The notes beneath the pieces were generated by a model. The model was not told the DNA's origin, ran no database searches, and saw nothing but the letters and a program-made list of their open reading frames with translations. Shown here in pieces: positions 1-11,610 of a stretch of 64,000 nt of DNA. Position 1 is the first letter of the stretch. The number at the start of each line of letters is the position of its first letter. A program made the position numbers and the translations under genes. Origin of the DNA: an uncultured delta proteobacterium (GTDB lineage Bacteria > Desulfobacterota > Desulfomonilia > Desulfomonilales > Desulfomonilaceae); contig CAWBKB010000003.1 of NCBI GenBank assembly GCA_963789265.1, forward strand, positions 64,001-128,000. Direction: 5' to 3'.

Positions 1-253
1 ACGCCGGCCATTCTCGTAACGAAATCCGTCTTCCCTCCTGGTTACGTTTCACCTATTGATATTTTGAAACGAATGTGTTTCGTTTGAAGACACCTGCCGC
101 TTGGCTCGTACAGGCTTTGCCGGATCGCGCATTTTTGCGTTGGCGAGAGTATGACGGGCGGTAATTATTTGTAGTGACTGCTGACACTTTACGGTGCAAA
201 AGCAACTGGGGTAACCAAATGAATGAGATTGGTTGAAAGAAGGAGAAAAGACT

Positions 254-1732
254 ATGATTGATCTTGGTTGCAGGAGACCATTCATTCCTATTGGGATGCT
301 GGCAATTGTGTTTCTCGTGGGAACTACCGCGACCGTCGTGAATGCTCAGACCGCGCCCTCGGTTCTGAAACAGCTCGACGACGCCTACGTTCAGGTCGCG
401 GGGAGAGTGACCCCCGAAGTGGTAAACATCAGTTCGACGAAGAAAGGAGGATCTGTTCCTCCGGGTCATGGCATGGAGCCGTTCTTCAAGAATTTCCCTT
501 TTCATGATTTCTTTGGCGACGACTTGGGCAAGAACTTCAGGCCACCTCTGCCACGAGGACACGGCGGGTCCATGCAAGTCGCAATGGGTTCCGGGTTTAT
601 TGTCTCTCCTGATGGAAAGATTGTAACCAACTCCCATGTAGTAAAGGGCATGGACAAAATCAAAGTCACGCTCACCGGTAAGCGGACTTACACGGCCAAG
701 GTGATCGGAATTGACCCGGATAGCGACATTGCAGTGATCAAAATCCCTGCCACCGGCCTTCCAGTGGCCAAGTTCGGGGATTCGTCGAAGTTACATGTCG
801 GCCAGATAGTCTTGGCCGTCGGTAATCCGTTCGGGCTTAACGGCACCGTAACAGCGGGCATCGTGAGCGCCACGGGGCGAACTAACGTTGGAATCGTCAG
901 TTATGAAGACTTCATTCAGACCGATGCGCCTATTAATCCGGGCAACTCCGGAGGGCCTCTGGTGAACATTGAGGGTGAAGTGATAGGAGTCACTACCGCA
1001 ATAGCGACTCGTACCGGTGGATATCAGGGAATCGGCTTTGCTATACCGTCCAACTCCATAAAAATCGTTATGGATCAATTGATTAAGCAAGGCAAGGTGA
1101 CTCGGGGACTGCTGGGCGTGAACATTCAGGACCTTAACGATTCGCTCGCGAAATCTTTCGGCTTGTCGGACACTAATGGGGCGCTGGTCGCACAGGTGGT
1201 GCCGGGGAGTCCTGCCGAAAAGGCCGGCATTAAGGCCGGTGATGTCATCTTGAAGTATAATGGAAAGCAGGTCACGGGTGCTGCAGAGTTAAAAAACATG
1301 GTTGGACAGGAAAAACCCGGGGCCAAAGTGAAATTGACGATTTTCAGAGATAAGAAGAAGTCTGAAGTGGAGGCGACCGTGAGCGAACGCACGCCGAAAG
1401 CGCTCGCCGAGGCATTGCCTAACCCTTCCACAGGGGAGGGCGAGACTTCGTCCGATCTGGGAATCACCGTGGAAAAGGTTCCCGCGGCCACAGCGGAAAA
1501 GCTGGGCCTCAAAGGAGGCGTGGGGCTTGCAATTAAGCAAGTAAGCTCTGACGGTGTAGGAAGCCGAATGGGACTCCAAGAAGGAGACGTGATCCTGGAG
1601 ATTGACGGCAAGCCTGTCTCCGATATCGCGTCCTTTAATAAGCAGGTTGCAAAGGCCAAGAAGAATAAGGTGATTCGTTTGAAGGTACATAGAGGTTCAG
1701 CGACCATCTTCCTGGCAACCACCATGGATTAA
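254..1732 (+). CDS. degP: Do/DegQ-family periplasmic serine protease (trypsin + 2 PDZ)
   Basis: GSGFI..TNSHVV, D, QTDAPINPGNSGGPL catalytic motifs; two PDZ domains; signal peptide; RBS AAGGAG before ATG 254. Confidence 0.93.
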   Translation: MIDLGCRRPFIPIGMLAIVFLVGTTATVVNAQTAPSVLKQLDDAYVQVAGRVTPEVVNISSTKKGGSVPPGHGMEPFFKNFPFHDFFGDDLGKNFRPPLPRGHGGSMQVAMGSGFIVSPDGKIVTNSHVVKGMDKIKVTLTGKRTYTAKVIGIDPDSDIAVIKIPATGLPVAKFGDSSKLHVGQIVLAVGNPFGLNGTVTAGIVSATGRTNVGIVSYEDFIQTDAPINPGNSGGPLVNIEGEVIGVTTAIATRTGGYQGIGFAIPSNSIKIVMDQLIKQGKVTRGLLGVNIQDLNDSLAKSFGLSDTNGALVAQVVPGSPAEKAGIKAGDVILKYNGKQVTGAAELKNMVGQEKPGAKVKLTIFRDKKKSEVEATVSERTPKALAEALPNPSTGEGETSSDLGITVEKVPAATAEKLGLKGGVGLAIKQVSSDGVGSRMGLQEGDVILEIDGKPVSDIASFNKQVAKAKKNKVIRLKVHRGSATIFLATTMD

Positions 1733-1949
1733 TCCTGCTACCAGGCCAAATTGCAGGTTTGCTCGAGTTGGCCCGGCAGAAGTGACAGCTCGTTCGAGCC
1801 CACTATCACAGCGGACGCATTCCCCCCTCGAAAGAAGGGGGAATGCTTTTCACTCTATACATAAAGGGGGTAAGGGGGACAGAATTGGCAGTGAGACTTC
1901 CGACAGCACTATCGTGGGCTGCACTGAGATTCTCTCTTCTCCACGATTT

Positions 1950-2032
1950 TAGAGCGGGCGCCGCATTCTGTGCCCCTACATCTCTATCCGAGAGCAGTAC
2001 ATGTCATGTAGGGGGACGGCATGCCATGCCCC
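1950..2032. repeat. GTAG-type REP pair
   Basis: ...GCCCCTAC followed by GTAGGGGGACGGCATGCCATGCCCC palindromic units. Confidence 0.55.
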
Positions 2033-2052
2033 GACATCAGACGCGGTCTCCA

Positions 2053-2586
2053 ATGCAATTGGCCATAGCAGCCGCATTGCTGTTCCTTTTGCCCACCTTC
2101 GCTTGCGCACAATCCACTTCTCCTTTCACCTCAGCTGGCTCCCCGAGTGTTGCGTCTTTACTGAAAGAGGCCTGCGTCGGAGAATCAATTGAGCCCCCTT
2201 ATCGGCTTGAACTTTGGGTTGAACCGGCCTACGGCCCCGAAGACTCAGGACTCAAGACACTTATCGAGAATTTTCTGAGGGATCAACTTCATGCCTTGGG
2301 GGATGTAGAAGTTGTAAACGCTCTCGATCAAAAGAAACCGCTTGGTCGACTCCGACTGAGAGTACGATATTCAAAATTGAGGGTCATCGGTTGCTACGAC
2401 ACTCTTCTGGGGGTAGTGGTCGGCAAGATCTATCGAGAGAGACCCGCGGACGAATTGGTCTTGGATGTGTACGGGCTTGCAGGAATTGAAGGCCGGGAAC
2501 TCCCGCTCATGTGTCAGAAAATCGTTACGCGGCTCGACCTGAATATTCTTTCGGCTTTGAGGCGGATGAGATCATCCTCAAAGTGA
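2053..2586 (+). CDS. Hypothetical secreted protein
   Basis: Signal peptide MQLAIAAALLFLLPTFACA; the upstream part of the 1843 ORF runs through REP sequence, so start moved. Confidence 0.6.
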   Translation: MQLAIAAALLFLLPTFACAQSTSPFTSAGSPSVASLLKEACVGESIEPPYRLELWVEPAYGPEDSGLKTLIENFLRDQLHALGDVEVVNALDQKKPLGRLRLRVRYSKLRVIGCYDTLLGVVVGKIYRERPADELVLDVYGLAGIEGRELPLMCQKIVTRLDLNILSALRRMRSSSK

Positions 2587-2699
2587 CTATAGCGAAAAAC
2601 CGGTTTTATCGAGCCCGCCTCACGTCAATGGCCGCGGTGCCGCTAGGGCACGATTCGGGTGCCGGATTCTCTCCGACCACCGCCGTAGGTGCGTTAGTA

Positions 2700-3335
2700 A
2701 TGGAGATCACCTCGCAAACAGTTATGAATTGGATTATTCAATACGGATATATCGGTCTTTTTTGTTTGCTGATGTTCGGAATTTTGGGAGTGCCGTTTCC
2801 TGATGAGCTCATAATGACTTGCGCCGGGTACCTCATATTCAAGGGCTACTTGCAGCCGGAGCCGACTTTTGTTGCCGCTTTTACGGGCAGCGCGTGCGGG
2901 ATCAGCTTAAGCTACACAATTGGCAGGGTGGCAGGAACCAGGCTCATCGACAGATTTGGCTATTTGGCCCACATCACTCCGGACAGGCTGAGGTCTATCG
3001 ACGCATGGTTTGAGCGCTTCGGCAAATGGACTCTGGTATTCGGGTATTTCATTACCGGTTTTCGACACCTTATAGCGATAGTAGCAGGCACCACAAGGCT
3101 TCGGGTCCATGCATTCGCTCTATACGCTTATACGGGCGCGCTGATCTGGTCCCTCACATTTATTTTGCTCGGATATTTTCTGGGCGAACAATGGGCAAGC
3201 ATTGCAACCCACGCTGAAACAATTGCTCTCATACTTGCCGCGGCTGTTTGTGTTGGGGCCGGGATTTACTTTCTTGGCCCAAGGCGCAGGCAGGCGGCTC
3301 GCGGAAACATGTCGGATTCAACACAAAAAGACTAA
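2700..3335 (+). CDS. dedA: DedA family membrane protein
   Basis: YGYIGLF..GVPFPDE..AG, FERFG, GYFITGFRH..AG motifs. Confidence 0.9.
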   Translation: MEITSQTVMNWIIQYGYIGLFCLLMFGILGVPFPDELIMTCAGYLIFKGYLQPEPTFVAAFTGSACGISLSYTIGRVAGTRLIDRFGYLAHITPDRLRSIDAWFERFGKWTLVFGYFITGFRHLIAIVAGTTRLRVHAFALYAYTGALIWSLTFILLGYFLGEQWASIATHAETIALILAAAVCVGAGIYFLGPRRRQAARGNMSDSTQKD

Positions 3336-3370
3336 CGGTAGTGGTTTAATTTTAGGAAGGAGAAATTATA

Positions 3371-3757
3371 ATGAGCTATTACATTAGCAAAACTGTGACA
3401 CTTTCCTTTGACGAAGCAGTTGCGCGTATTACGGAAGAACTTAAGAAGGAGGGCTTCGGCATACTAACCGAAATAGATGTTCAGCAGACGCTCAAGAAGA
3501 AACTGAATGTTGATTTTCGAAGATACAAGATCCTCGGCTCCTGCAATCCTCCCTTGGCGTACAAGGCATTGCAGGCAGAAGACAAGATCGGCGTGATGTT
3601 GCCATGCAACCTAATTGTTCAGGAAACTCCGGACGGCAAGGTTGAAGTGTCCGCTATAGATCCCATCGCGTCAATGCAGGCAATTAACAATCCGGATCTC
3701 AAAGACTTGGCTGATGAAGTCCAGGGCAAATTGCGGAAAGTCGTAGAGCAGTTGTAA
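3371..3757 (+). CDS. DUF302 family protein
   Basis: GFGILTEIDV..YKILGSCNP..IGVMLPCN; RBS AGGAG. Confidence 0.9.
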   Translation: MSYYISKTVTLSFDEAVARITEELKKEGFGILTEIDVQQTLKKKLNVDFRRYKILGSCNPPLAYKALQAEDKIGVMLPCNLIVQETPDGKVEVSAIDPIASMQAINNPDLKDLADEVQGKLRKVVEQL

Positions 3758-3930
3758 AGAAATCAATGCGGAATAATAATCAAACATTCTGTGATAAGCC
3801 CTTGAGCGCTGCATATTTCCTTGCCGAGATTGACAGCTCACTTGTTCACCTGCTAGACACACCTTGTATGACTACGTTTTGCGGGGGTTGCTCACGATTC
3901 GTGTGAGCTTTCTGTAACAGAGGTGTGCCC

Positions 3931-6499
3931 ATGAAACTCCGTCACCTGATTGTAAAACCGGACCTTCCCAACGAACTGCAAATTTTGCAGACCATTGGAA
4001 TGAATCTCTGGTTCACGTGGAATCCCGATGTGCAACGCCTCTTTCAGGCCCTGGACCCCGAACTCTGGGCTGAATGCGACCACAATCCGATCATGCTTCT
4101 CGCAAGCCTTTCTCCCGAAAGGACAGAGGAAATCCTACAAGACGGGCCGCTCGTGGATGCGATACGGGAAGCCGGGAAAGATTTTGAAGATTACATGAGT
4201 AATCCAGGAGTCTATTCCTTCAATCTGGAAAAACCCATTGATTACCGCATCGCTTACTTCAGCATGGAATTTGGGCTGGGTGAATGTTTGCCCATCTATT
4301 CTGGCGGACTGGGAATCCTCTCCGGCGACCATTTAAAGAGCGCTTCAAATCTGTGTTTCCCTCTCATAGGTATGGGACTGCTTTACCAAAAAGGCTATTT
4401 TAAACAGTATCTGAACGTTGATGGCTGGCAACAAGAATCCTACCCTGACAACGATTTCTATAACCTCCCGATTTCGCGTGTCTTGGATGGCACTGGCAAT
4501 CAGGTGTCATTCGATCTTGAACTGGACAGAACGAACGTAAAGATTCTCGTCTGGAAGATTCAGGTGGGCCGGATTCCGTTATACCTGTTGGACTCCAGTC
4601 ATCCTTCCAATTCGGAGAGCAGTCGGCGAATCACGGCAGAACTATACGGCGGTGGGCCCGAAATGCGGATCCAACAGGAGATTGTCCTTGGCGTGGGCGG
4701 AGCCCGGGCCCTGCATTTGCTCGGCCTTTGGCCTTCAGTCTATCATCTCAACGAGGGACACGCTGCTTTCGCGGCTCTGGAGCGGATCCGACAATCCATG
4801 ATCGCATACAAAGTCCCCTTCGACGTCGCTCTCGAGACCGTAGCGGCCTCCACAGTGTTCACCACCCATACCCCTGTACCCGCGGGCATAGATCTTTTCG
4901 CCCCCGATCTGGTAGATCGGTACTTCAGACGATACATGGACTCGCTCGGCATGACCGTAAAGGATCTGTTGGATCTGGGCCGTCAAAACCCCGATGACCG
5001 AAGTTCGCCTTTGTCAATGGCTGTTGTGGCTCTGCGCATGTCCAGGGGCGTGAACGCCGTGAGCGAACTTCACAGCAGGGTCTCCAGGAAAATGTGGCGC
5101 AGCCTTTGGCCGCATGTGGAAGAGGAGGACATTCCCATCGGTTACGTTACAAACGGCGTACACATACCGTCGTACCTTTCCAAGGAGATGGCGGATCTTT
5201 TTGGCCGTTACCTCGGCGAGGGCTGGATTGAGGAGCCGGACAACACCAAGATTTGGTCCAGAGTCTATAACATACCGCATGAGGAGTTATGGATCGTGCA
5301 CGAGACAAGGAGGGAACGTCTCGTGGCCTTCTGTCGGAGCAGGTACCTCGCCAAGATTAAAGCAGTCGGGGGCTACAGCATTGGACCAGCCATGGACTTA
5401 CGCCGTGCCCAGGAAATCCTCAATCCGGAAGCGCTGACAATCGGGTTCGCCCGCAGGTTTGCCCCGTACAAAAAGAGCGAGCCTTCTCTTCAGCGATCCC
5501 GACCGATTGTTAGGCATTATTTCCGACAAGCGCCGGCCGGTGCAGTTCATCTTCGCGGGCAAGGCTCATCCTCAGGACCGCTTGGGTAAGGAGATGATCA
5601 AACTAGTGGTGCATCAGGCCCGTTCGGAAGGGTTTCGCCGCAAACTAGTCTTCCTTGAGAACTATGACATCATCATAGCTCGGTACCTCGTCCAAGGAGT
5701 GGACGTGTGGCTTAACACGCCTAGGAGGCCCAACGAGGCCTGCGGCACTTCAGGAATGAAGGCAGCGGCCAACGGCGCACTCAATCTGAGCATACTCGAT
5801 GGCTGGTGGCCCGAAGCTTATAATGGGACCAACGGATGGGCCATAGGCCGTGGAGAAGAATATGAGGATACCGCATATCAGGATCGGATAGATGCGGAGG
5901 CTGTCTATGACCTTCTTGAAAACGAGGTCATTCCTCTGTTTTTCGATCGGGGCCCGGACGGCCTCCCGCATGGCTGGATTGAAATGATGAAGAACAGCAT
6001 GGCCGGGATTAGTGCGCGCTTCAATTCACACAGGATGATTGAACAGTACATGGAGGAATATTACACTGAAGCCGGCTTGGCGCATCAAATTCTCGGCGAA
6101 AGCCGCCTCAGCCGGGCTCGGGAACTCAAGGACTGGAAGCAGAGAATTCGAGGCCTGTGGAAGGAGGTGAAAATCCTCGATGTTTCGTTGCCTACTGGAG
6201 ATCACGTGGCACTAGGCGAAGACCTACACGTTACGGCAGCCATACGTCTCGGATCACTCAGGGACGAGGAGGTTACGGTGGACCTTTGCCACGGACGAGT
6301 GGATCAAGATTCTGAAAGGATGATGAACCGCAATGTAACCACAATGGCGAGCGCCGAGAATCCAACTGACGGAGTCTGGCGTTTCGAAGGGACCATCCCA
6401 TGTGAAGAGACCGGGATTTACGCGTACAGCATCCGAGTGCTGCCATTCCACCCTTACCTCTTGAATCCTCTCTCGATGAGCCTGGTAACTTGGGGCTGA
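3931..6499 (+). CDS. glgP: Alpha-glucan (glycogen/starch) phosphorylase, split by one extra base at ~5470
   Basis: YFSMEFG, YSGGLG..GDHLK, HLNEGH, GFARRFAPYK/RA, EACGTSGMK; ORFs 3925-5589 and 5459-6499 join at an A6 run. Confidence 0.92.
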
Positions 6500-6545
6500 T
6501 TACCAACTGGCATCATAGTCCCCGTCCCCTTTTTGTTGTAGCAAA

Positions 6546-6594
6546 GTAGGTTGGGCCGTGCCCGACGAAACATGGCGGCCACAGGCCGCCCTAC
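6546..6594. repeat. Inverted GTAG REP doublet between convergent glgP and dnaE
   Basis: GTAGGTTGGGCCGTGCCCGAC ... GGCGGCCACAGGCCGCCCTAC. Confidence 0.7.
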
Positions 6595-6599
6595 CAATT

Positions 6600-9500
6600 T
6601 TATTCGAAGTGTACGGCCTCGTACCCCAGGGTATCATGAACCTCCGCCAGGAGAGACTCGGAAGGTTCGCATGAAACCGCATTGAGACTGATAACCGTCT
6701 CAGTGCGATTCGGTATAACCACATGAAGGCTCACCGGAAGTCGGCCTTTGTGACGAGCCAGAATTCTTTTCAAATCTTTGACCTGGTGCGGATCAGCCCC
6801 CAATGTAGATATCCTGATCTGCATGCGTTTGCTGAAACGTCGAGGGGCCTCTTCGATCCGGTAGATCTCCTGGGCCAATACTTTCGGTGTATCTCTGTCT
6901 CCTTCTCGAATTCCCGCAATTACCAGCGGTTCCCCCGATCGGAGTAAATCCCGGCACTTGCCGTACAGGTCTGAAAAAACGGTTATTTCCGTTACTCCCG
7001 TGAGGTCCTCCAGCGCGACAAAGGCCATGCGATCACCTTTCTTGGTGTTGATCTCCTTAATCTTCTTCACGAGGCCGGCCATCGTTACTTGGGATGAATC
7101 GGCCAATGTGCCCAATTTGTCCGCGAAGGCGTTGATGAACCTCTGAATGATGCTTTCGTAGTTGACCAGAGGGTGGCCGGTAAGATAGAAACCCATCGCT
7201 TGCTTTTCATAATTCAGCTTGGTTGAGTCCTCCCACTCCGGGACATCCGGGATCGCAGAATCGGGAGCATTTGCTTCAGACCCTGGAACGCATTCCGCTC
7301 CAAAAAGGTTGAATTGACCTTCCTTCTTTTCTCGTTGAAAGTTTGCCGCCTGTTCCAACACGACATCGAACGCCTCGACCATTGCTCGCCTGGAATACCC
7401 CATTCCGTCGAAGGCACCACACTTTATAAGGCTTTCAACCACTTTCTTGTTCACTTTTCGCAGGTCTACACGCCTGGCGAAGTCCTGAAGACCGCAGAAA
7501 GGCCCTCCTTCCACGCGGGCCTCTAGAATAGAGTTCATTGCGCCCTCACCCACATTCTTCACCGCGGCCAGCCCGAAGATTATCTTTTCACCCTCTACGC
7601 GGAAATCCTGGTAGGACTCATTGACGTGGGGTGGAAGAATCTCAATCCCCATGCTGCGGCATTCAGACACGTAAAGCGTGACCTTATCCGTATTGCCGGC
7701 ATCGCAGCTAAGCTGGGCTGCCATAAATTCCGCAGGATAGTGCGCCTTAAGATAGCCCGTCTGGTAAGTAACCATAGCGTATGCCGCCGAATGTGACTTG
7801 TTAAAGCCGTATCCGGCGAATTTCTCCATAAGTTCGAAGATATATGTGGCCTTGTCCGGGTCGATCTTGTTCTTGGCCGCACCCTTTTGAAAACGGGACT
7901 TCTGTTCGGCCATCTCTTCGGGCTTTTTCTTTCCCATAGCCCGGCGCAACAGATCTGCTTCACCCAGCGAATAGTCCGCTAATAAGGTGGCAATACTCAT
8001 GACCTGTTCCTGATACACGATTACCCCGTATGTCTCGCGTAGAATGGGCTCCAACTCCGGCAGCGGGTACTCGATCGGTGTTCGTCCGTCCTTTCGGTTA
8101 ATGAAGTCGTCTACCATTCCGGATTCCAAAGGTCCGGGACGATACAATGCCTCAATTGCTATCAGGTCCTCGAAGACGGATGGCTTGAACTTTGTCAAAA
8201 CTTCCCTCATTCCGGAAGATTCGAGCTGAAATACGGCCAGCGTGTCGCCCCTGGACAGAAGATCGAACGTCTTTGAGTCATCCAGAGGGATCATGCCGAT
8301 GTCTAAAGCAGCCCCTCGAGAGTTCTCTATCAGACGCAGGGCTTGATCTATCACCGTAAGGGTTCTGAGTCCGAGAAAATCAAACTTCACCAGGCCGATC
8401 TTTTCTACCCAGGTCATGTCGAACTGAGTCAAGGTCTCTTTGTTGTTCCCAAGATAAAGCGGAAGGTGGTCCACAAGGGGCCTATCCGAGATCACGATGC
8501 CGGCTGCGTGTGTAGAGGCGTGTCGAGTCAGTCCTTCAAGGGAAAGTGCAGTTTCGATGAGTTCACCCACCTCAGGCCGTTTCATCATCTCTCGCAGTCG
8601 CGGTTCCTCTTTCAGGGCCTTGTCGAGGGTCATCTTCAGTGCATCCGGGATCAGCTTCGCGATCTGGTCGGCTTCTGCATAAGGAAATCCAAGAACACGG
8701 GCCACGTCTCTCACAACAGCTTTCGCCTGCATCCTGCCGAACGTGATGATCTGGGCGACCTTATCTTTGCCGTATTTCCGCGACACATAGTCGATTACCC
8801 GGTCGCGGCCCTGCATACAAAAATCGACATCAATGTCCGGCATGCTTTTACGTTCGGGATTCAAGAACCGTTCAAACAACAGATCGTAACGGATTGGATC
8901 GATGTCCGTTATTCCTAGCGAATATGCTGCAAGTGAACCTGCGGCGGACCCGCGGCCGGGACCGACGGGTATACTGTTCTTTCGAGCAAAGTTTATAAAG
9001 TCTGCAACTATGAGAAAATATCCTGAAAAACCCATCTCCTGAATGAGGTGGATCTCATGGTCAAGCCTGTCTCTATATTTTTGCTCCGTGACGCTATCTA
9101 TCCGGCTCAGTTCGCGCAATTTGACCAGGCGTCTTTCGAGACCTTGTTGGGCATCCTCTTGGAAACGTTGCCTCAGCGTCTGGCCCGTTCCCAGATCGAA
9201 TCGGGGCATGTGGATCTGGCCGGACTCAATCAGAAGAGAACATCTCTCTGCGATCAGTCGAGTAGTCTTCAAGGCTTCGGGAATATCCCTAAAGTCCGCG
9301 GCCATTCTCTCCGGTGACTTGAAAAAGAACTGGTCGGAACTGAAACTCAATCGCTTGCTGTCGGCGAGTTTCTTGCCGGTTTGAATGCAAAGGAGAATCT
9401 CGTGGGCCTTATGATCTGTTCGATCAAGGTAATGACAGTCATTTGTCGCAACCAACTTTAGGTCGAGCTTTTTTGCAAGATCAATGAGTGCTCGATTGGC

Positions 9501-10064
9501 TTTCTTTTGGCCTTCGAGGCCGTTCTCTTGTAATTCCAGATAATAACGTTCAGGTGTGAAAATGTCGCGGTACCAGGAAGCGCATTTCGCTGCGCCTTTC
9601 TCATCTCCCGCCAAGATGCGGGCGGGAACTTCGCCCGAAAGACACCCGCTCAGGCAAACCAGCCCTTCGTTGAATTGTTCCAGTAGATCACGATCTACAC
9701 GCGGTTTGTAGTAAAACCCCTCCATGTAAGCCATCGTGACGAGCTTGCACAGGTTGCGGTAGCCTTTTTCGTTTTCGCACAAAAGAACTAGGTGATAGGA
9801 TGTTGTTTCGCCCACTTTCGCTGATTGTTCGAAGCGCGAACCTGGTGCCACGTATATCTCACAGCCGATGATAGGCTTGATCCCACTCGCCTGCACCTGT
9901 GAATAGAATTCCATTGCTCCAAAAAGATTCCCGTGGTCCGTAACGGCCACAGCAGGCATTTTGTATTCCTTAACTCTGGCGATTAGGTCCGGAATTCGGA
10001 TTGCCCCATCCAACAGAGAGTACTGAGTATGCACATGAAGGTGGACAAAATCTGCGGAAGGCAT
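6600..10064 (-). CDS. dnaE: DNA polymerase III alpha subunit
   Basis: FVHLHVHTQYSLLDGA PHP domain, GPGRGSAAGS, PDIDVDF, KFDFLGL, YGFNKSH. Confidence 0.98.
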   Translation of the reverse strand: MPSADFVHLHVHTQYSLLDGAIRIPDLIARVKEYKMPAVAVTDHGNLFGAMEFYSQVQASGIKPIIGCEIYVAPGSRFEQSAKVGETTSYHLVLLCENEKGYRNLCKLVTMAYMEGFYYKPRVDRDLLEQFNEGLVCLSGCLSGEVPARILAGDEKGAAKCASWYRDIFTPERYYLELQENGLEGQKKANRALIDLAKKLDLKLVATNDCHYLDRTDHKAHEILLCIQTGKKLADSKRLSFSSDQFFFKSPERMAADFRDIPEALKTTRLIAERCSLLIESGQIHMPRFDLGTGQTLRQRFQEDAQQGLERRLVKLRELSRIDSVTEQKYRDRLDHEIHLIQEMGFSGYFLIVADFINFARKNSIPVGPGRGSAAGSLAAYSLGITDIDPIRYDLLFERFLNPERKSMPDIDVDFCMQGRDRVIDYVSRKYGKDKVAQIITFGRMQAKAVVRDVARVLGFPYAEADQIAKLIPDALKMTLDKALKEEPRLREMMKRPEVGELIETALSLEGLTRHASTHAAGIVISDRPLVDHLPLYLGNNKETLTQFDMTWVEKIGLVKFDFLGLRTLTVIDQALRLIENSRGAALDIGMIPLDDSKTFDLLSRGDTLAVFQLESSGMREVLTKFKPSVFEDLIAIEALYRPGPLESGMVDDFINRKDGRTPIEYPLPELEPILRETYGVIVYQEQVMSIATLLADYSLGEADLLRRAMGKKKPEEMAEQKSRFQKGAAKNKIDPDKATYIFELMEKFAGYGFNKSHSAAYAMVTYQTGYLKAHYPAEFMAAQLSCDAGNTDKVTLYVSECRSMGIEILPPHVNESYQDFRVEGEKIIFGLAAVKNVGEGAMNSILEARVEGGPFCGLQDFARRVDLRKVNKKVVESLIKCGAFDGMGYSRRAMVEAFDVVLEQAANFQREKKEGQFNLFGAECVPGSEANAPDSAIPDVPEWEDSTKLNYEKQAMGFYLTGHPLVNYESIIQRFINAFADKLGTLADSSQVTMAGLVKKIKEINTKKGDRMAFVALEDLTGVTEITVFSDLYGKCRDLLRSGEPLVIAGIREGDRDTPKVLAQEIYRIEEAPRRFSKRMQIRISTLGADPHQVKDLKRILARHKGRLPVSLHVVIPNRTETVISLNAVSCEPSESLLAEVHDTLGYEAVHFE

Positions 10065-10422
10065 AGCTGCTCCATTATGTACTTGACATGATTAGATATT
10101 ATCATTCCCCAGGACCACGATATCACTCCCCCGACGCCTATGCAATGGCTTTTTCCGAATATGCAACCATTCGATTATGACGGAGAATCACAGCGGATTT
10201 TTCCATTTAAGCGCCCCGTTGAGTTTTGCACTTCGTCAAACCCTCACCAGCCGCCGGACTTATTTTACAGCCCGTCGCATGAGGCTCCGATGCCTGCTCC
10301 CGAGGAGATCTTCCGTGCAGTTTTGGCCTCAAGTCTTCGCTACCATTATCCGGAATGTTCTCAACTTGTTGATCTGCAATTCAAATGTGCGTCCTGAATA
10401 TATTTTTTTTATCATCAAGATA

Positions 10423-10452
10423 TTGACATTTTCTAATTATCTAGATTAGAAT
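10423..10452 (+). promoter_or_regulatory. Putative sigma70 promoter
   Basis: TTGACA-18 nt-TAGAAT with AT-rich upstream tract. Confidence 0.55.
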
Positions 10453-10781
10453 AGCCGAACCGGACGGCTAATGGCCGGAGACCTAAAAACATAAAGGATC
10501 TACGGGCTGCTTTGAAGGTCTATTAGTCGCGGATGCAGTGAGTGTGCCACAACATGGACGTGACATATAACAGATCAAATATTTTGCACAATCGCGTTGA
10601 TCCGCTATAAACCTCGACATGACTTTAAGAACCTGCCCGTAGGTGCCTGCGTTGAGGATCTTCTTGTCAATGTTCAGCGCTGGGATGACAGGACCTTCAT
10701 TAACGAAGAAGCCGTGTCATAGGATGATCATTTCGTAACTGTTTGGACTGGGCCCATTTAGAGGTCGAAGTCCTTTGAGGT

Positions 10782-11588
10782 ATGGAACTGGTGAGCTTTC
10801 TTGCTTTACTTGGATCACCGCTGGTCGGTTTATGGGAGGCGGCTCGTCTCTTTCTGGATGAAGCCGGCCGAATCCTGATCCTCTTGGGCAGGACCCTTGT
10901 CTGGTCGGTGAAACCCCCTTTTCGTTTCCAGGAATTTGTTAGGCAGCTTGATTTCGTGGGGACTCAGTCGGTTTTTCTGATCGTCCTGACGGGACTGTTC
11001 ACCGGCATGGTGAGCGCTTTGCAAGGTTACAATGGGATGCACCGCTACGGAGCTGAAGGGTTGGTCGGAGCTACCGTAGCCTTGGCCCTTGCCAGAGAAC
11101 TCGGACCTGTTATCAGCGCTCTTATGCTGGTTAGCCGTGTCGGTTCCGCCATGACCGCGGAACTCGGGAGCATGAGGAATACCCAGCAGATAGACGCTCT
11201 GAGTAGCATGGCGGTCGATCCTGTGCAGTACCTGGTGGTGCCACGCGTTTTTGCTTCAACGGTATCATCACCGCTTCTGGCACTTGTTTTCAGCTTCTCC
11301 GGTATGGTGGGTGCTTATTTCCTGGCCACACGGTATCTGGGCGTCGACGGTGGCTCGTTCATATCCGAGGTTCAGTACTACCTCGTATCGAACGACATCG
11401 TTCAAGGCTTGATTAAGTCTGTGGTCTTCGGGCTCATTACGGCCCTGGTGTGCTGCTACAAAGGCTTTTATGCCACCGGAGGGGCCCGGGGTATCGGTGT
11501 TGCCACGACCACTGCGGTTGTGGCCTCTTCTGTTCTGGTTCTGATTTCGGATTACGTCATGACGACGCTAATGTTTAAGACTATGTGA
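10782..11588 (+). CDS. mlaE: MlaE family ABC permease
   Basis: RELGPV, RVGSAMTAELGSM..QQIDAL..MAVDP..YLVVPR, GARGIGVATT. Confidence 0.93.
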   Translation: MELVSFLALLGSPLVGLWEAARLFLDEAGRILILLGRTLVWSVKPPFRFQEFVRQLDFVGTQSVFLIVLTGLFTGMVSALQGYNGMHRYGAEGLVGATVALALARELGPVISALMLVSRVGSAMTAELGSMRNTQQIDALSSMAVDPVQYLVVPRVFASTVSSPLLALVFSFSGMVGAYFLATRYLGVDGGSFISEVQYYLVSNDIVQGLIKSVVFGLITALVCCYKGFYATGGARGIGVATTTAVVASSVLVLISDYVMTTLMFKTM

Positions 11589-11610
11589 GAGCTTTGGTTC
11601 GGGAATTTCA

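Noticed and set aside
10485..10563. SCIFF-like peptide (KNIK.. / GCSEC)
   Set aside because: Pieces are in different frames, only two Cys, no start codon and no radical SAM gene nearby
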